From Clostridia bacterium (lineage in GTDB: Bacteria > Bacillota > Clostridia > Oscillospirales > CAG-272), in NCBI GenBank assembly GCA_017465885.1, contig JAFTVG010000011.1, positions 75,276-139,275 on the forward strand: DNA of 64,000 bases. The letters run 5' to 3'. The notes under the pieces were generated by a model. That model had not been told where the DNA came from. It made no database searches and saw only the letters and a program-made list of their open reading frames with translations. Positions 52,479 to 62,734 of the stretch are shown piece by piece. The translations under genes and the position numbers were made by a program. Within the stretch, counting starts at the first letter, position 1; each line of letters starts with the position of its first letter.

Positions 52479-54188
52479 TCAAACCAGATCCTGCCAGTAA
52501 AGAGCAGAGGATTCGGTGTAGTCTACTGCGATCTGCTTATAGCCAACCAGATCTTCGCCGTCATAGACCAGAACGATCATATCGTAAACGTTGGTCTTGC
52601 CGTTATCGGTGGTCAGATCGTCCATACCTGCATCGTATACGGGCAGACGGTAAAGCACGTTGCTGTTGCCCTTCAGATCGTATACCTTGTACGCCTTGGT
52701 GGATACGCACTTGTAATCGCCCTCCACGTCGGCATCCTTATACCAGATCTCAAAGGTGTAATCCTTGGATGCGGGCAGCTCGGTGTCGGAGAACTGATAA
52801 GAAAGCAGGAATTTGTTGTTGGTCACATTGAAAGCGGAGGGCGCGTATTCCTTGCCGTCCTTGATATAGGAGGTCTGATAGAAGGCACCCTTGGTCAGGT
52901 TGTTGTAAACGCCATCCTCGGCACTTGCGTCAACCTGCGTCAGCCACTGAAGCCATTCCTGAGGCAGAGCCTTCTTGATGGGCTCAGCATCGGGGCTTAC
53001 TCTGTAAAGATCAAAGCCCTTGAAGGAGAACTTTTCAAATTCATAGGTCTCGCCCTCGTAGGTAACGGGCTCGCTTGCCATCAGACCGGTCTGCTCGTTG
53101 AAATAGAAGATGTTGCCCATCAGCGACTGCCAGCCGGTGAGTGCCTCACCATCCTGATAATAACGGATGCCGCCGTCCTCTTCCTTGAAGCCGCAGTCGG
53201 TCTTGATCTGCAGGTCAGCCCACAGCATATAGTGGTCGGAGTGTACGGGAGAGGTTACTCTGCCGGTCTCCATCTGAGTCACGGTATTGGCGGTGGAAAT
53301 GATGTTGTCGATCGCACCGTCTTCTTCGTTGGTCACGTAGTAGTTACCGAAAACGTTTGCGAAGTTGCAGTAGGGGAAGTGAGGTCCGATCTCCTCGGGA
53401 TCCTGGCTGTTCAGGTCGCCAACGAGGATCGCGATCTGCTTGGACTGCATCTCCTTGGCAAGAATGGGGAACTGCTTGTCACGTGCGCTCTTCTCGGGCC
53501 AGGTGAGGTGGGTGTTATAGAAATCAACCTGTACGCCGTTAACGTCGATCACTGCGTGACCGTATGCACGCTGTTCACCGCCGCCGGGCAGTAAAATGGT
53601 CTCGAAGCTGACGATGGGGTACTTGGAAAGAATACCGTGGCCGTATGCACCGCCGTCGAAGGTGAAACACTTGGAGTAGCCGTAGTATTCATAGCCGGTC
53701 TCCTCGGACAAGAGCTTCATCGTATCCTGCTTCTTGTTACGGTTGGTGTTTTGGTCAACCTCTTGCACACCAACGATGTCCAGCTCCATATCCAGGATGT
53801 CCTTGGCAAGGATCTTGAAGTTATGACCCACGCCCGAGCCGTTCTGGATGTTGTAGGTAGCAACTCTGATGTCAATAGGCTCCGACTTTGCTCCGGGAAC
53901 GCTGGCAGGAACGCTCAGGGTCGCGCCGCCAAGCACGCCCAGCATCACGGTGGCATCGGCGAGCGAAACCAGACCGTCGTCGTTCAAGTCGTAGTCCTCG
54001 GGAACCTCGTCGGTGGGCTTTTCCAGCGCATTCAGCAGAACCGATGCATCGGAAATGTTCACGACTCCGTCTCCTGACAGATCGTAATCCGCCTCTTCAT
54101 CTGCCCACGAGCCGAGCACGAAGAGTGAGCCCGAAAGCATGGTCAGCACAAAAAGGAAGGACAATGCGGAAAGTATTCTTTTTTTCAT
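52479..54188 (-). CDS. Secreted dockerin - endonuclease/exonuclease/phosphatase (EEP) domain - cell-wall-binding-repeat protein
   Basis: RBS aaaggag plus ATG at 54188. Dockerin repeats DLSGDGVVNISDASVLLNAL / DLNDDGLVSLADATVMLGVL. EEP motifs VATYNIQNG, VGVQEV, SDHYMLWADL. A CW_binding-like repeat GWQSLMGNIFYFNEQTGLM. Confidence 0.75.
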   Translation of the reverse strand: MKKRILSALSFLFVLTMLSGSLFVLGSWADEEADYDLSGDGVVNISDASVLLNALEKPTDEVPEDYDLNDDGLVSLADATVMLGVLGGATLSVPASVPGAKSEPIDIRVATYNIQNGSGVGHNFKILAKDILDMELDIVGVQEVDQNTNRNKKQDTMKLLSEETGYEYYGYSKCFTFDGGAYGHGILSKYPIVSFETILLPGGGEQRAYGHAVIDVNGVQVDFYNTHLTWPEKSARDKQFPILAKEMQSKQIAILVGDLNSQDPEEIGPHFPYCNFANVFGNYYVTNEEDGAIDNIISTANTVTQMETGRVTSPVHSDHYMLWADLQIKTDCGFKEEDGGIRYYQDGEALTGWQSLMGNIFYFNEQTGLMASEPVTYEGETYEFEKFSFKGFDLYRVSPDAEPIKKALPQEWLQWLTQVDASAEDGVYNNLTKGAFYQTSYIKDGKEYAPSAFNVTNNKFLLSYQFSDTELPASKDYTFEIWYKDADVEGDYKCVSTKAYKVYDLKGNSNVLYRLPVYDAGMDDLTTDNGKTNVYDMIVLVYDGEDLVGYKQIAVDYTESSALYWQDLV

Positions 54189-54413
54189 GTTGATACTCCT
54201 TTTTTGTATTTCTCGCAGATACAGCGATACAAGTGTATTGTACACAATTCATTCACACAATACAAGACAAATTTGATGAATTTTAACTCTTATAAGACAA
54301 AAATTGCTCTTTTGTTTTTTGCTCATTTTCCAAGGATTTTTCCAACTTTCAAAAAAACAAGCCAACTTCCCAAATGCAACAGTCAAACGCACACACTTTG
54401 TGCGTTTTTAAAG

Positions 54414-54448
54414 CAAAAGTCCGCAGTTTTTTAATCTGCGGACTTTTG
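54414..54448 (-). terminator. Terminator of the PhoPR-like operon (bidirectional hairpin)
   Basis: AGTCCGCAG-ttttttaat-CTGCGGACT, flanked by A and T runs. Confidence 0.6.
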
Positions 54449-54484
54449 AGACAAAAATTTTGGGACGCACTTCAAGCAAGAGGT

Positions 54485-56155
54485 TCAGTCTGCCTGCTCC
54501 TTCTTGCTTTCGGGCAGTAAAACTGTTACCGTCGTGCCCTTGCCCACGGCACTTTCAAGGGTGATCTCTCCGCCGTGGAGCATCACGGCGTGCTTCACGA
54601 TGGAAAGCCCCAGACCGGTGCCGCCCACAGCCTTGGAGCGGCTCTTGTCCACTCTGTAAAAGCGCTCGAAGATGCGGCTCTGCTCCCCTTGCTCGATGCC
54701 GATGCCGTTGTCCTTCACCAAAAGGGCTACCTGCCCTTCCCGTCTCTGCACAAGGATCTTCACCCATCCGCCCGGACGGTTATAAATGATGGCGTTGTCG
54801 CAAAGGTTGAAAAGCATTTCTTGAAGGGTGGCGGGAATACCCGAGGTGACAGCCTCCTCCCCCTCCACCGTCAGGGTGATCTGCTGTTTTTCCGCCTTTC
54901 TTGACAAGGCCTCCTGCACCGAGCAAGCCAGCTGCATCAGATCCACCTCGGAAAAGCCCTCGCGGATCTGCCCTTCGTCAAGGCGTGACAGCTTGATGAT
55001 GTCCTCAATAAGAGCAAGCAGTCTTGCCGCCTCGGTGCGGATCCCGCGGCAGATCTCGCCGTGATCCTCCGGTCGGGCAATGCCCTCTGCGATGATCTCC
55101 GAGGAGCCCATAATGGTGGTCAGCGGTGTCTTTAATTCGTGGGAGACGTTGGCTGTGAACTCTCTTCGCATCTGCTCGGCGCTCTCCCTCTCGGTCACGT
55201 CTGCGGCAAGCAAAACGGCAGCAAAGGATCTCTCTCCCGTGATGGGATAGGCGGTGACCTGATAGATCCTTCCCTTCTTCTCCAACCGAGCCACGCCGCC
55301 CTGACCCGCGAAGGTCCGCTCAAGCAGCTCCTTGACCGTCTGCTCCTTGCAGATCCGCAGATAGGACAGGTCTGTCAGATCGTAGCGGTCAAACAGCCTT
55401 CCCGCGGCGCGGTTTGCCGACAGCACCGTTTTTTCAAAGGAAAAGACCACGAACGCCTCCTCCATATTGTCGGTGATCAGGGCAAACTCCTGCTGTTTTT
55501 CCTTGAGCTGACCCATCTGCTCCTCGATGCGCTTGTTCTGACGGTCAAGACGCATCAACAGGGGATCGAATTCGTCGTAGGTGTCGTTTTCAAGGGGGCG
55601 ATCCAGATTCAAGCCGGCAAAGGGCGCCATAATGGATGCCGTCAAATGCTTTGCCACCAATGCCGCCAGCGCCACGCAAAGGATCAGAACCAACGCGATC
55701 ACCGTGGCACTTTCATTGATCATATCGATCAAGCTTCGTTCGGTGACGGCAATCCGAAGGATATTTCCATCCTCCGCAATTGCGGCAACGTAGCAGGAAT
55801 TGACTCCCACCGTTGCAGAGGGGCGCACCGCACTGCCAAAGCCTCCTTCAAGGGCTTCCAACACCTCTTCGCGGTCAATATGGTTTTCCATATCGGTGGC
55901 ATTTGCCACGCTGTCGTAAAGAACCGTACCGTCCCGATAGATCAGCGTTATGCGCTCGCTCTTTGACGTCACCTGATGTAAATAGTCCAGCCTGCCGATG
56001 TCATAGCCCTTCACCAGATAGTCCAGCTCACTGCGCAGGGCAGAAAGGCGAGCCTCCTCCTGCTGACCGTAAAGGGCAAAGAGCACTCCCGCGGCAGACA
56101 ACAGGATCAACACCACCGAGGTCAGGCAAATGGCTTTGAAAATGGTACTTTTCAT
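54485..56155 (-). CDS. Sensor histidine kinase (PhoR/WalK-like, with an extracytoplasmic loop and a PAS-like region)
   Basis: H-box VSHELKTPLTTIMG. N, G1 and G2 boxes (CDNAIIYN, DNGIGI, GGTGLGLSIV). Confidence 0.85.
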   Translation of the reverse strand: MKSTIFKAICLTSVVLILLSAAGVLFALYGQQEEARLSALRSELDYLVKGYDIGRLDYLHQVTSKSERITLIYRDGTVLYDSVANATDMENHIDREEVLEALEGGFGSAVRPSATVGVNSCYVAAIAEDGNILRIAVTERSLIDMINESATVIALVLILCVALAALVAKHLTASIMAPFAGLNLDRPLENDTYDEFDPLLMRLDRQNKRIEEQMGQLKEKQQEFALITDNMEEAFVVFSFEKTVLSANRAAGRLFDRYDLTDLSYLRICKEQTVKELLERTFAGQGGVARLEKKGRIYQVTAYPITGERSFAAVLLAADVTERESAEQMRREFTANVSHELKTPLTTIMGSSEIIAEGIARPEDHGEICRGIRTEAARLLALIEDIIKLSRLDEGQIREGFSEVDLMQLACSVQEALSRKAEKQQITLTVEGEEAVTSGIPATLQEMLFNLCDNAIIYNRPGGWVKILVQRREGQVALLVKDNGIGIEQGEQSRIFERFYRVDKSRSKAVGGTGLGLSIVKHAVMLHGGEITLESAVGKGTTVTVLLPESKKEQAD

Positions 56156-56832
56156 ACCGTCTCTCCGATTCGATAGCCAACACCTCTGACCGTTTCGATC
56201 AGATTGCCCTCCTGACCCAGCTTTGCCCGCAGGGTACGGACGTGCACGTCGGCGGTACGGGTCTCGCCGTCGAAATTGTAGCCCCAGACCTTTTCAAGAA
56301 TGATATCGCGGGTGAGCACCTTGTTTTTGTTTTCCATCAACAGCTTTAAAAGCTGGTATTCCTTCAAGGTGAGATCCACTCTTTTTTCAAGAACAAAGAC
56401 CTCGTGCGCCTCGTCGTCAAGCAGGATCCCGCCGATGCGGATCTTGGAGGATGCCGCCACAGAGCCTGCACCGCTGCGCCGCAACACCGCTCTGATACGG
56501 GAGAGCAGCTCCATCATCCCAAAGGGCTTGGTCACGTAATCGTCTGCCCCTTGGTCAAGCCCCACCACCTTGTCGTATTCGCCGTTTTTGGCGGTGAGAA
56601 TGATTACGGGAATGCCCGCCGTTTGCCCGTCGGCTCTCAAGTGCTTTAAAATGGAGATGCCGTCCTCCCCCGGGAGCATCAGATCCAGCAGGATCAGCTC
56701 GGGCTTCTCTTCCTTCAGCGCGGCAAAAAGCCCTGCGCCGTCCTCAAAGCCCACCGCTTCAAAGCCGCTGTTGTTGAGCGTATATACGACCAGTTGACGG
56801 ATGCCTCCATCGTCTTCCACATAGTAAATCAT
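56152..56832 (-). CDS. OmpR-family response regulator (PhoP-like)
   Basis: Receiver domain (YVEDD...LILLDLMLP...TAK) plus wHTH (VHVRTLRAKL...VRGVGYR). 4-bp overlap with the kinase gene. Confidence 0.85.
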   Translation of the reverse strand: MIYYVEDDGGIRQLVVYTLNNSGFEAVGFEDGAGLFAALKEEKPELILLDLMLPGEDGISILKHLRADGQTAGIPVIILTAKNGEYDKVVGLDQGADDYVTKPFGMMELLSRIRAVLRRSGAGSVAASSKIRIGGILLDDEAHEVFVLEKRVDLTLKEYQLLKLLMENKNKVLTRDIILEKVWGYNFDGETRTADVHVRTLRAKLGQEGNLIETVRGVGYRIGETV

Positions 56833-57025
56833 TCTTTCCTCCGTAAGATCCTTGGATAAAAGCGTTCTTGTTTTCTACCGTTCAGTATACACCTTTTTTT
56901 CAAAAATTGCAACGGGCAAGAGAAACTTTGGCGGGATCAAAATAAAAAAAGCACGCCCGCCCTCTTTTGACCTTTTTTGCAAAGGCCTCGTGTTAAACTG
57001 TTCTCGTGATGAAAGGCAGAGGCTT

Positions 57026-57775
57026 ATGGAACTGTACGCAGATCTTTTTTTGCTCGTCAACTTTTTTTGCGACCTGCTTGTGCTTTGGGTGTGTGCAAGG
57101 CTTCTTTACCGCAGGGTAAAAAAGCGCCGGCTTTTTTTCTCGGCAGCCATCGGTGCTCTTTACGCCCTAACGTGGATGCTTCTTTACCCCGCACCCCTTC
57201 TTCTTTTTTTCCTTTCTTTTCTCTGCTCCCTTTTGATGGTGCTTGCCGCCTTCGGCTTTCACGGTTGGAGCGTCTTTTTCAAAGCCCTTGGATCTTTTTA
57301 TCTGACCTGTCTTTTGCTTGGCGGGGCGGCGAGCGGCGTTTATGCCGCCATCGGCAGAGTTCTGCCTCCCCTTTACGCCCTGCTCACCCTCACCCTCTGT
57401 CTTGGTTCCGGCACCCTCTTTTGCCTTTTCTTCGGAAGACTGCTTATAAAGGAAAGGCGGAAAGAAAGCGCTATGCTGACTTTCGTGGCGGACGGGAAAT
57501 GCTATCGTGTAAAAGGGCTTGTGGATAGCGGCAATCTCCTCCTTGATCCCCTCTCCCTTTTTCCCGCCGTTCTTCTCGATCCCTCCCTTTTTGATCTTCC
57601 TCCCCCCTGCGATCGCACCCTCCTCATCAAGACTGCCGCAGGCGAAGAGCTCTTGCCCTCCTTTTTACCCGAAAAAGCCACGGTCGACGGCATTGAGCGG
57701 TGCATTTGCATCGTGCTCTGCCCGCCGCCCCACGGATCCTTCGGGGGCTTTCCCGCTCTGCTTCCTCTTTTTTAA
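57026..57775 (+). CDS. spoIIGA: Sigma-E processing peptidase SpoIIGA
   Basis: Starts [20 protein letters not shown] with five TM helices. Aspartic protease motif GLVDSGNLL. Lies immediately upstream of sigE. Confidence 0.8.
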   Translation: MELYADLFLLVNFFCDLLVLWVCARLLYRRVKKRRLFFSAAIGALYALTWMLLYPAPLLLFFLSFLCSLLMVLAAFGFHGWSVFFKALGSFYLTCLLLGGAASGVYAAIGRVLPPLYALLTLTLCLGSGTLFCLFFGRLLIKERRKESAMLTFVADGKCYRVKGLVDSGNLLLDPLSLFPAVLLDPSLFDLPPPCDRTLLIKTAAGEELLPSFLPEKATVDGIERCICIVLCPPPHGSFGGFPALLPLF

Positions 57776-57861
57776 ACGCTTTGCAAGAATTGCTTTTACA
57801 TAAAAAAACAGCCGTCAAGACGGCTGATCATCCTATTTTCAAGAAAGGACGCCCTTTTTCT

Positions 57862-58572
57862 ATGAACACCGTGAAACGTCTTTACACCAAGCTCGTCTGC
57901 TTTCTCTATACCACCGTGGACGAAAACGAGCTTTTTTACATAAACGGCTCGGACACCCTGCCCACGCCTCTGGGAAAGGAGGATGAGCAGGCACTCATCT
58001 ACCGTCTGGGCAAGGATCTGTCGGTCAGAGACACCTTGGTGGAGCACAATCTGCGGTTGGTGGTCTACATCGCCAAAAAGTTTGAAAACACAGGCATCAA
58101 CATTGAGGATCTCATCTCCATCGGCACCATCGGACTGATCAAAGCCATCAACACCTTCCGTGCAGATAAGAGCATCAAGCTGGCAACCTACGCCTCCCGT
58201 TGCATTGAAAACGAGATCCTGATGTTTATCCGCAAAACGGCGGGCATGAAGCAGGAGGTCTCCTTCGACGAGCCGTTAAACGTGGACAGAGACGGCAACG
58301 AGCTTCTTTTATCCGACGTGCTGGGAAGCGAGGAGGATACCGTCTTTGCCTCCATCGAATTCGAGGAGGACCGCAAAACGGTACATAAGGCATTAGAGGA
58401 GCTGGAGCCGAGGGAACGGGTCATCATCGAGCTGCGTTACGGTCTTTGCGGCGGCAAAGAGCATACCCAAAAGGAGGTGGCAGATATGCTGGGCATCTCC
58501 CAATCCTACATCTCCCGCCTTGAAAAAAAGATCATCGAGCGGTTAAAGGACCGCATCGGGGCGTTGATCTGA
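57862..58572 (+). CDS. sigE: Sporulation sigma factor SigE (pro-sigma-E)
   Basis: Pro-sequence plus [21 protein letters not shown] (compare B. subtilis YYIGGSEALPPPLSKDEEQ). Sigma-70 regions 2-4 are present, and the gene follows spoIIGA. Confidence 0.85.
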   Translation: MNTVKRLYTKLVCFLYTTVDENELFYINGSDTLPTPLGKEDEQALIYRLGKDLSVRDTLVEHNLRLVVYIAKKFENTGINIEDLISIGTIGLIKAINTFRADKSIKLATYASRCIENEILMFIRKTAGMKQEVSFDEPLNVDRDGNELLLSDVLGSEEDTVFASIEFEEDRKTVHKALEELEPRERVIIELRYGLCGGKEHTQKEVADMLGISQSYISRLEKKIIERLKDRIGALI

Positions 58573-58615
58573 AAAAGCGCCCTTTGTTTTTACAAACATA
58601 GAGTACAAAAAATCG

Positions 58616-58650
58616 AAAAAGCAGACTGCCATATTGACAGTCTGCTTTTT
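58616..58650. terminator. Bidirectional rho-independent terminator
   Basis: AAAAAGCAGACTGCC-atat-TGACAGTCTGCTTTTT. Confidence 0.8.
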
Positions 58651-58671
58651 CGGTTTTTTGTATCAAAACAT

Positions 58672-61600
58672 CTATACCTTGCCAGAAAGAAGCGTTAACA
58701 GCCCCGTCACATCGGAAATAGTAACCTCTTCGGTATCATCAAGCTTCATCGCAGGGTAAAGCACTACGCCATCCACGATAGCTTGCTTTTGCTCCTCTTC
58801 GCTCATTGCCAAAAACGTAAGCATTTGCGTCACATCAGAGATAGTCACTTGTCCGTTAGCATCCACATCTCCAAGAAGCATCACAGTAATGATGGTATCT
58901 GCGGTCACATGATGAACCGTGTAGGAATCTGTTTGATCTGCTGAGTTTTCCTTTTGAAGAATCTCGTAACTCACGCCCTTGTCATAGCTCACCGTTACAA
59001 TATAGGGTTTTTCACAGGTAACTTCAAAGATATTGATTCCTATTACCCATCCTCCCTCCGGCGCAACGATCACAGCTCCCGACAAGCCTGCACCAACGCT
59101 ATTTAAAGTAATTGCAACACTCTCTCCCGAACCGTCTGAAGGGCTGTCGCCCGAATCGCCGGAGCCGCTTTCGGTATTACCGCTTGAAGCTCCTCCCGAT
59201 TCACTTCCAGAAGAACCATCGCCGGTGTTTCCGCCCTCGTCGTCTGTTTCGCCGCCGGAAGAGCCGCCTTGGCTCTCATTATTACCATCATTTCCTCCCG
59301 ATTCAGTAGAATCATCGCCTTCCTCTTCTCCCGAAGAATCACCTGAACCGCCGCCTGCGCCATCCTCGGGTTTTTCCATTTCTTGCGCTACCCAAGTCAA
59401 CATCCCACCGTAGTTTTGAAGCATTGAAGAAGTCCAAGCCGAGTTATTTGAGGGATAGTAGCAGGTGGCTTCGACATCGCTGAATGCCGATGTCCCAATA
59501 ATCGGCGCATTCCAATTAAAAACAACATTTTTAATTTTAGTGCACATATCAAAGGCGTATCCACCAATTTCATCAATACCGGCACCAATTGTTAAACTTT
59601 TTAACTTGCACTGATAAAAAGCATATTCCCCAATGCTTTTTACACCATCAGGAATCACAATACTACTAAGGCATTCACACCAGCTAAAGCATTGATCACC
59701 GATATGTTCAAGAGTACTAGGCAAAACAATACTTTGAAAATTGCGGCACGGGTAATATCCGCTGTAAATTGTATAAGAGCCACACCCCGAGAACGCCTTG
59801 TTGCCAATACTAACTAACCCTTCAGGCAAAACCAAACTAGATAATGCAGCACAGCTTGCAAACGCCGAATTACCAATTGTAGTAATCATTGCAGGCAGAT
59901 CCACTTTTTCAAGTCTGTAACAAGACATAAATAAACTGTCTGGAATATAGGTCAAGCTATCTGGTAAAACCACATCGGTCAAATACGCACTTTCACAAAA
60001 TGCACCTTTGCCTACCTCAAACACCCCCTCCGGAACTGTAACAGACGTTAATTGTGATTTGGAAAAAGCAACTTCTCCGATCTCTGTAAGTCCCTTCGAA
60101 AGTTCTATAACGGAAAAAGCGGTTTGATAAAAAGCTTTTGAACCAATCCTCGAAATCGTGTCGGGCATAGAAACACTACTCAATACCGTACAGCTATAGA
60201 ACGCACCGTCTCCAATAGAAGTTACCCCGTTTTCAATAACAACGCTTCTAACAGATGTGCGTTGCTCGTACCATGGAGCATATATCAACTCATCGACCAC
60301 ATAATCGTACATGGTACCGGTTCCCGAAATTGTCAGCATCCCATCCTCGCTCAGCGACCAAGTTAACTTATCTCCACACTTATTTCCAATCTCCTCTTCT
60401 CCTTCATAGGTCCAAATGAGATCTCCGCCAAAGTCAGCAGTGGTGAATTCCAAAGTATATGTGCCGTTTTCCGCAGGATAGTAACAGGTAGCAACTACTC
60501 CTACAAACGCCTGCGCATCAATAGCAGGAACATCCCCCGTAAAATCCACTCGCGATAAACCACTGCAACCACCAAAAGCGCTTGCTTCGATCTGTGTTAC
60601 AGAAGCTGGAATCGTGATCTCTTCAAACGCAGTACATCCAGAAAAAACACCCGTGCTAAGCACCTGCAAATTATCGGAAAGCTTTATCTCCCGAACGCTT
60701 GTACAGTTTTGGAATGCATATTGATCTACCAATACAGTACTGTTTGGAAGTCGAATTTGAGAAAGCGCCGTACCACTGTACGCATAACTTCCAATCGTCT
60801 CTACACTGCTTGGAATGCGGACATCGGACCAAGCTGAAAGATTGTAAAATGCATACGAACCGATCGTTTTTACACTATCGGGCACTGTCATTTCCGTAAG
60901 AGCTGAAAGCCCATAAAAAGCATTTTTTCCAATCGTCTGCACCCCCGAAGGAAGATCCACACGCTGTAGCTCAGAACATCCATAAAACAGTCGGTCGGAA
61001 ATCGTTAGAAGTCGGTCTGAAAGACTTGATGATTCTAAAGCATCACATCCTTCAAAAGCGCCTGCTCCTAACTCCGTCACACTATCCGGAAGGGATACTT
61101 CCGAAAGAGCATCACACTCTGCAAAAGCGTTCATTCCAACTTGTGTCACAGTAGAAGGAATTGTTATGCTTTTTAAGTTTTTGCAGTACGCAAAAGCAGA
61201 ATTTCCGATAGATGTAATATGATCGGGAATCACGTACTGTTCAAAATTACATCCATAAAACAAAGCATCATTCAGCGTGGTCACAGCTTGCGGAATAGTA
61301 ACCGGCTCCAAGGAAGTACAACCGGAAAACACCGCCGCATCAATTGATGAAACACTTTCCGGAATATCTAGTTCTTTCAAATTTGAACAGTCACTGAATG
61401 CACCTGCTGAAATACTTTGCAAACTTGAGGGCAACTGAACTTGGTTTAAATTTTCACAAGCAGCAAAAGAATATTTACCAATAGTTAAAACCCCCTCCGA
61501 AATTGTCAAATCAGTAATGAGCGAATAATCATAAAATGCAAACTCACCAATACGACTTACATCCTCCGGAATAATTAATTCACCTTCAACAGCTTTTCCT

Positions 61601-62175
61601 CCCGCATACAGAGTCACAGCATAGTCTATCCACATACCGTTTTCATAGACCGATCTGGTAGATGCCGGATTTTCTCCATAATAGAAATCTATTCCGCACC
61701 ATGCCGTTAGACTATCCACATACACGCTTCGCAGAGCATCGCAACCAAAAAACGCCCATTGATCCACAGTCTTTAGCCCCGTTCCAACTGTAACCGAAGA
61801 TAAATTTCTGCACTCCATAAACGCTTGATACCCAATAGAAGAAACGTCATCTCCCAAAATCACTTCAACCAAATTGTCGCAATCATAAAAGGAACACTTA
61901 CTCACGCTTGTTACGCCGTCTTCAAAGATGACTTTTTTTATATATGGCCTACGCTCAGCCCAAGGCATCGTCGCGCCTGTGCTAGAGTATGTATATTCCT
62001 CCATTTCCCCTGTGCCTGAAACAGTAAGCGTTCCCTCGTCATCCAATGTCCACATTAAGTTTTCACCGCAAGTGCCACTGGCTATGATTTGAGACGCCAA
62101 TGCCGTTACGGGAAACATCCCCAACAGCAATGCAAAACAAAGAATCCACGCTACTGTTCTCATAGAAACTCTCAT
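58672..62175 (-). CDS. Very large secreted BspA-type leucine-rich-repeat protein with a Gly/Ser/Asp/Glu-rich linker and a C-terminal dockerin
   Basis: RBS aaaggtgg plus ATG at 62175. Signal peptide. Dozens of LRR_5-like units (I..I...AF..C..L..V.IP). A GGSGDSSGEE... linker. C-terminal dockerin repeats DVDANGQVTISDVTQMLTFL / LDDTEEVTISDVTGLLTLL. Confidence 0.8.
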   Translation of the reverse strand: MRVSMRTVAWILCFALLLGMFPVTALASQIIASGTCGENLMWTLDDEGTLTVSGTGEMEEYTYSSTGATMPWAERRPYIKKVIFEDGVTSVSKCSFYDCDNLVEVILGDDVSSIGYQAFMECRNLSSVTVGTGLKTVDQWAFFGCDALRSVYVDSLTAWCGIDFYYGENPASTRSVYENGMWIDYAVTLYAGGKAVEGELIIPEDVSRIGEFAFYDYSLITDLTISEGVLTIGKYSFAACENLNQVQLPSSLQSISAGAFSDCSNLKELDIPESVSSIDAAVFSGCTSLEPVTIPQAVTTLNDALFYGCNFEQYVIPDHITSIGNSAFAYCKNLKSITIPSTVTQVGMNAFAECDALSEVSLPDSVTELGAGAFEGCDALESSSLSDRLLTISDRLFYGCSELQRVDLPSGVQTIGKNAFYGLSALTEMTVPDSVKTIGSYAFYNLSAWSDVRIPSSVETIGSYAYSGTALSQIRLPNSTVLVDQYAFQNCTSVREIKLSDNLQVLSTGVFSGCTAFEEITIPASVTQIEASAFGGCSGLSRVDFTGDVPAIDAQAFVGVVATCYYPAENGTYTLEFTTADFGGDLIWTYEGEEEIGNKCGDKLTWSLSEDGMLTISGTGTMYDYVVDELIYAPWYEQRTSVRSVVIENGVTSIGDGAFYSCTVLSSVSMPDTISRIGSKAFYQTAFSVIELSKGLTEIGEVAFSKSQLTSVTVPEGVFEVGKGAFCESAYLTDVVLPDSLTYIPDSLFMSCYRLEKVDLPAMITTIGNSAFASCAALSSLVLPEGLVSIGNKAFSGCGSYTIYSGYYPCRNFQSIVLPSTLEHIGDQCFSWCECLSSIVIPDGVKSIGEYAFYQCKLKSLTIGAGIDEIGGYAFDMCTKIKNVVFNWNAPIIGTSAFSDVEATCYYPSNNSAWTSSMLQNYGGMLTWVAQEMEKPEDGAGGGSGDSSGEEEGDDSTESGGNDGNNESQGGSSGGETDDEGGNTGDGSSGSESGGASSGNTESGSGDSGDSPSDGSGESVAITLNSVGAGLSGAVIVAPEGGWVIGINIFEVTCEKPYIVTVSYDKGVSYEILQKENSADQTDSYTVHHVTADTIITVMLLGDVDANGQVTISDVTQMLTFLAMSEEEQKQAIVDGVVLYPAMKLDDTEEVTISDVTGLLTLLSGKV

Positions 62176-62240
62176 TGTAAATACCACCTTTACTATAAAT
62201 TTTTGTGTAGGGCAATTCTACCTTCCACAAAAAGTATTTA

Positions 62241-62708
62241 TTAAAGCTGTCCCGAAACGGCAAGATAGACCATAAAGCCCACGATGGCAAGGGCGGTGAC
62301 CACCGTGCCCACGCAGGCAAGGATGAGCGTTTTTTTCCGATCTTCCTTGATCTTTTCAAGCTCCTCGATCTGTCTTTGGCGCTTGATCTCGGCACGCTGC
62401 TCGTCGCTGAGGCTCTCGTCAAGATCCTCCTGCTCAAGCTCCTCCACGTCCTCGATATCCTCGATATTCTCTACGAATTCGTAGTCCTCGGGAAGCTCGC
62501 CCTCCTCGTCCTGCTCGTCTTGCAGGTCGGACTCCCCCTCCGTGATCGAAAGCTCTTCGCCGCTTTCAGCCAGTTCCTTGCGGCGCTTCAGCTCCTCCAC
62601 CATCATAAAGGCGGCGTAATCCGAAATGCTGTCCCGCTCCTCGGTGAGCACTCGTTTAATGTCCTCCTCACTCATGGACATAATGACCATTCTGCTGTAG
62701 CTTGCCAT
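62241..62708 (-). CDS. Acidic protein with a C-terminal membrane anchor (155 aa)
   Basis: RBS gggaggaag. An E/D-rich middle region and a terminal TM (LILACVGTVVTALAIVGFMVYLAV). Confidence 0.5.
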   Translation of the reverse strand: MASYSRMVIMSMSEEDIKRVLTEERDSISDYAAFMMVEELKRRKELAESGEELSITEGESDLQDEQDEEGELPEDYEFVENIEDIEDVEELEQEDLDESLSDEQRAEIKRQRQIEELEKIKEDRKKTLILACVGTVVTALAIVGFMVYLAVSGQL

Positions 62709-62734
62709 ACTTCCTCCCTTGTGCCCCGCACACC

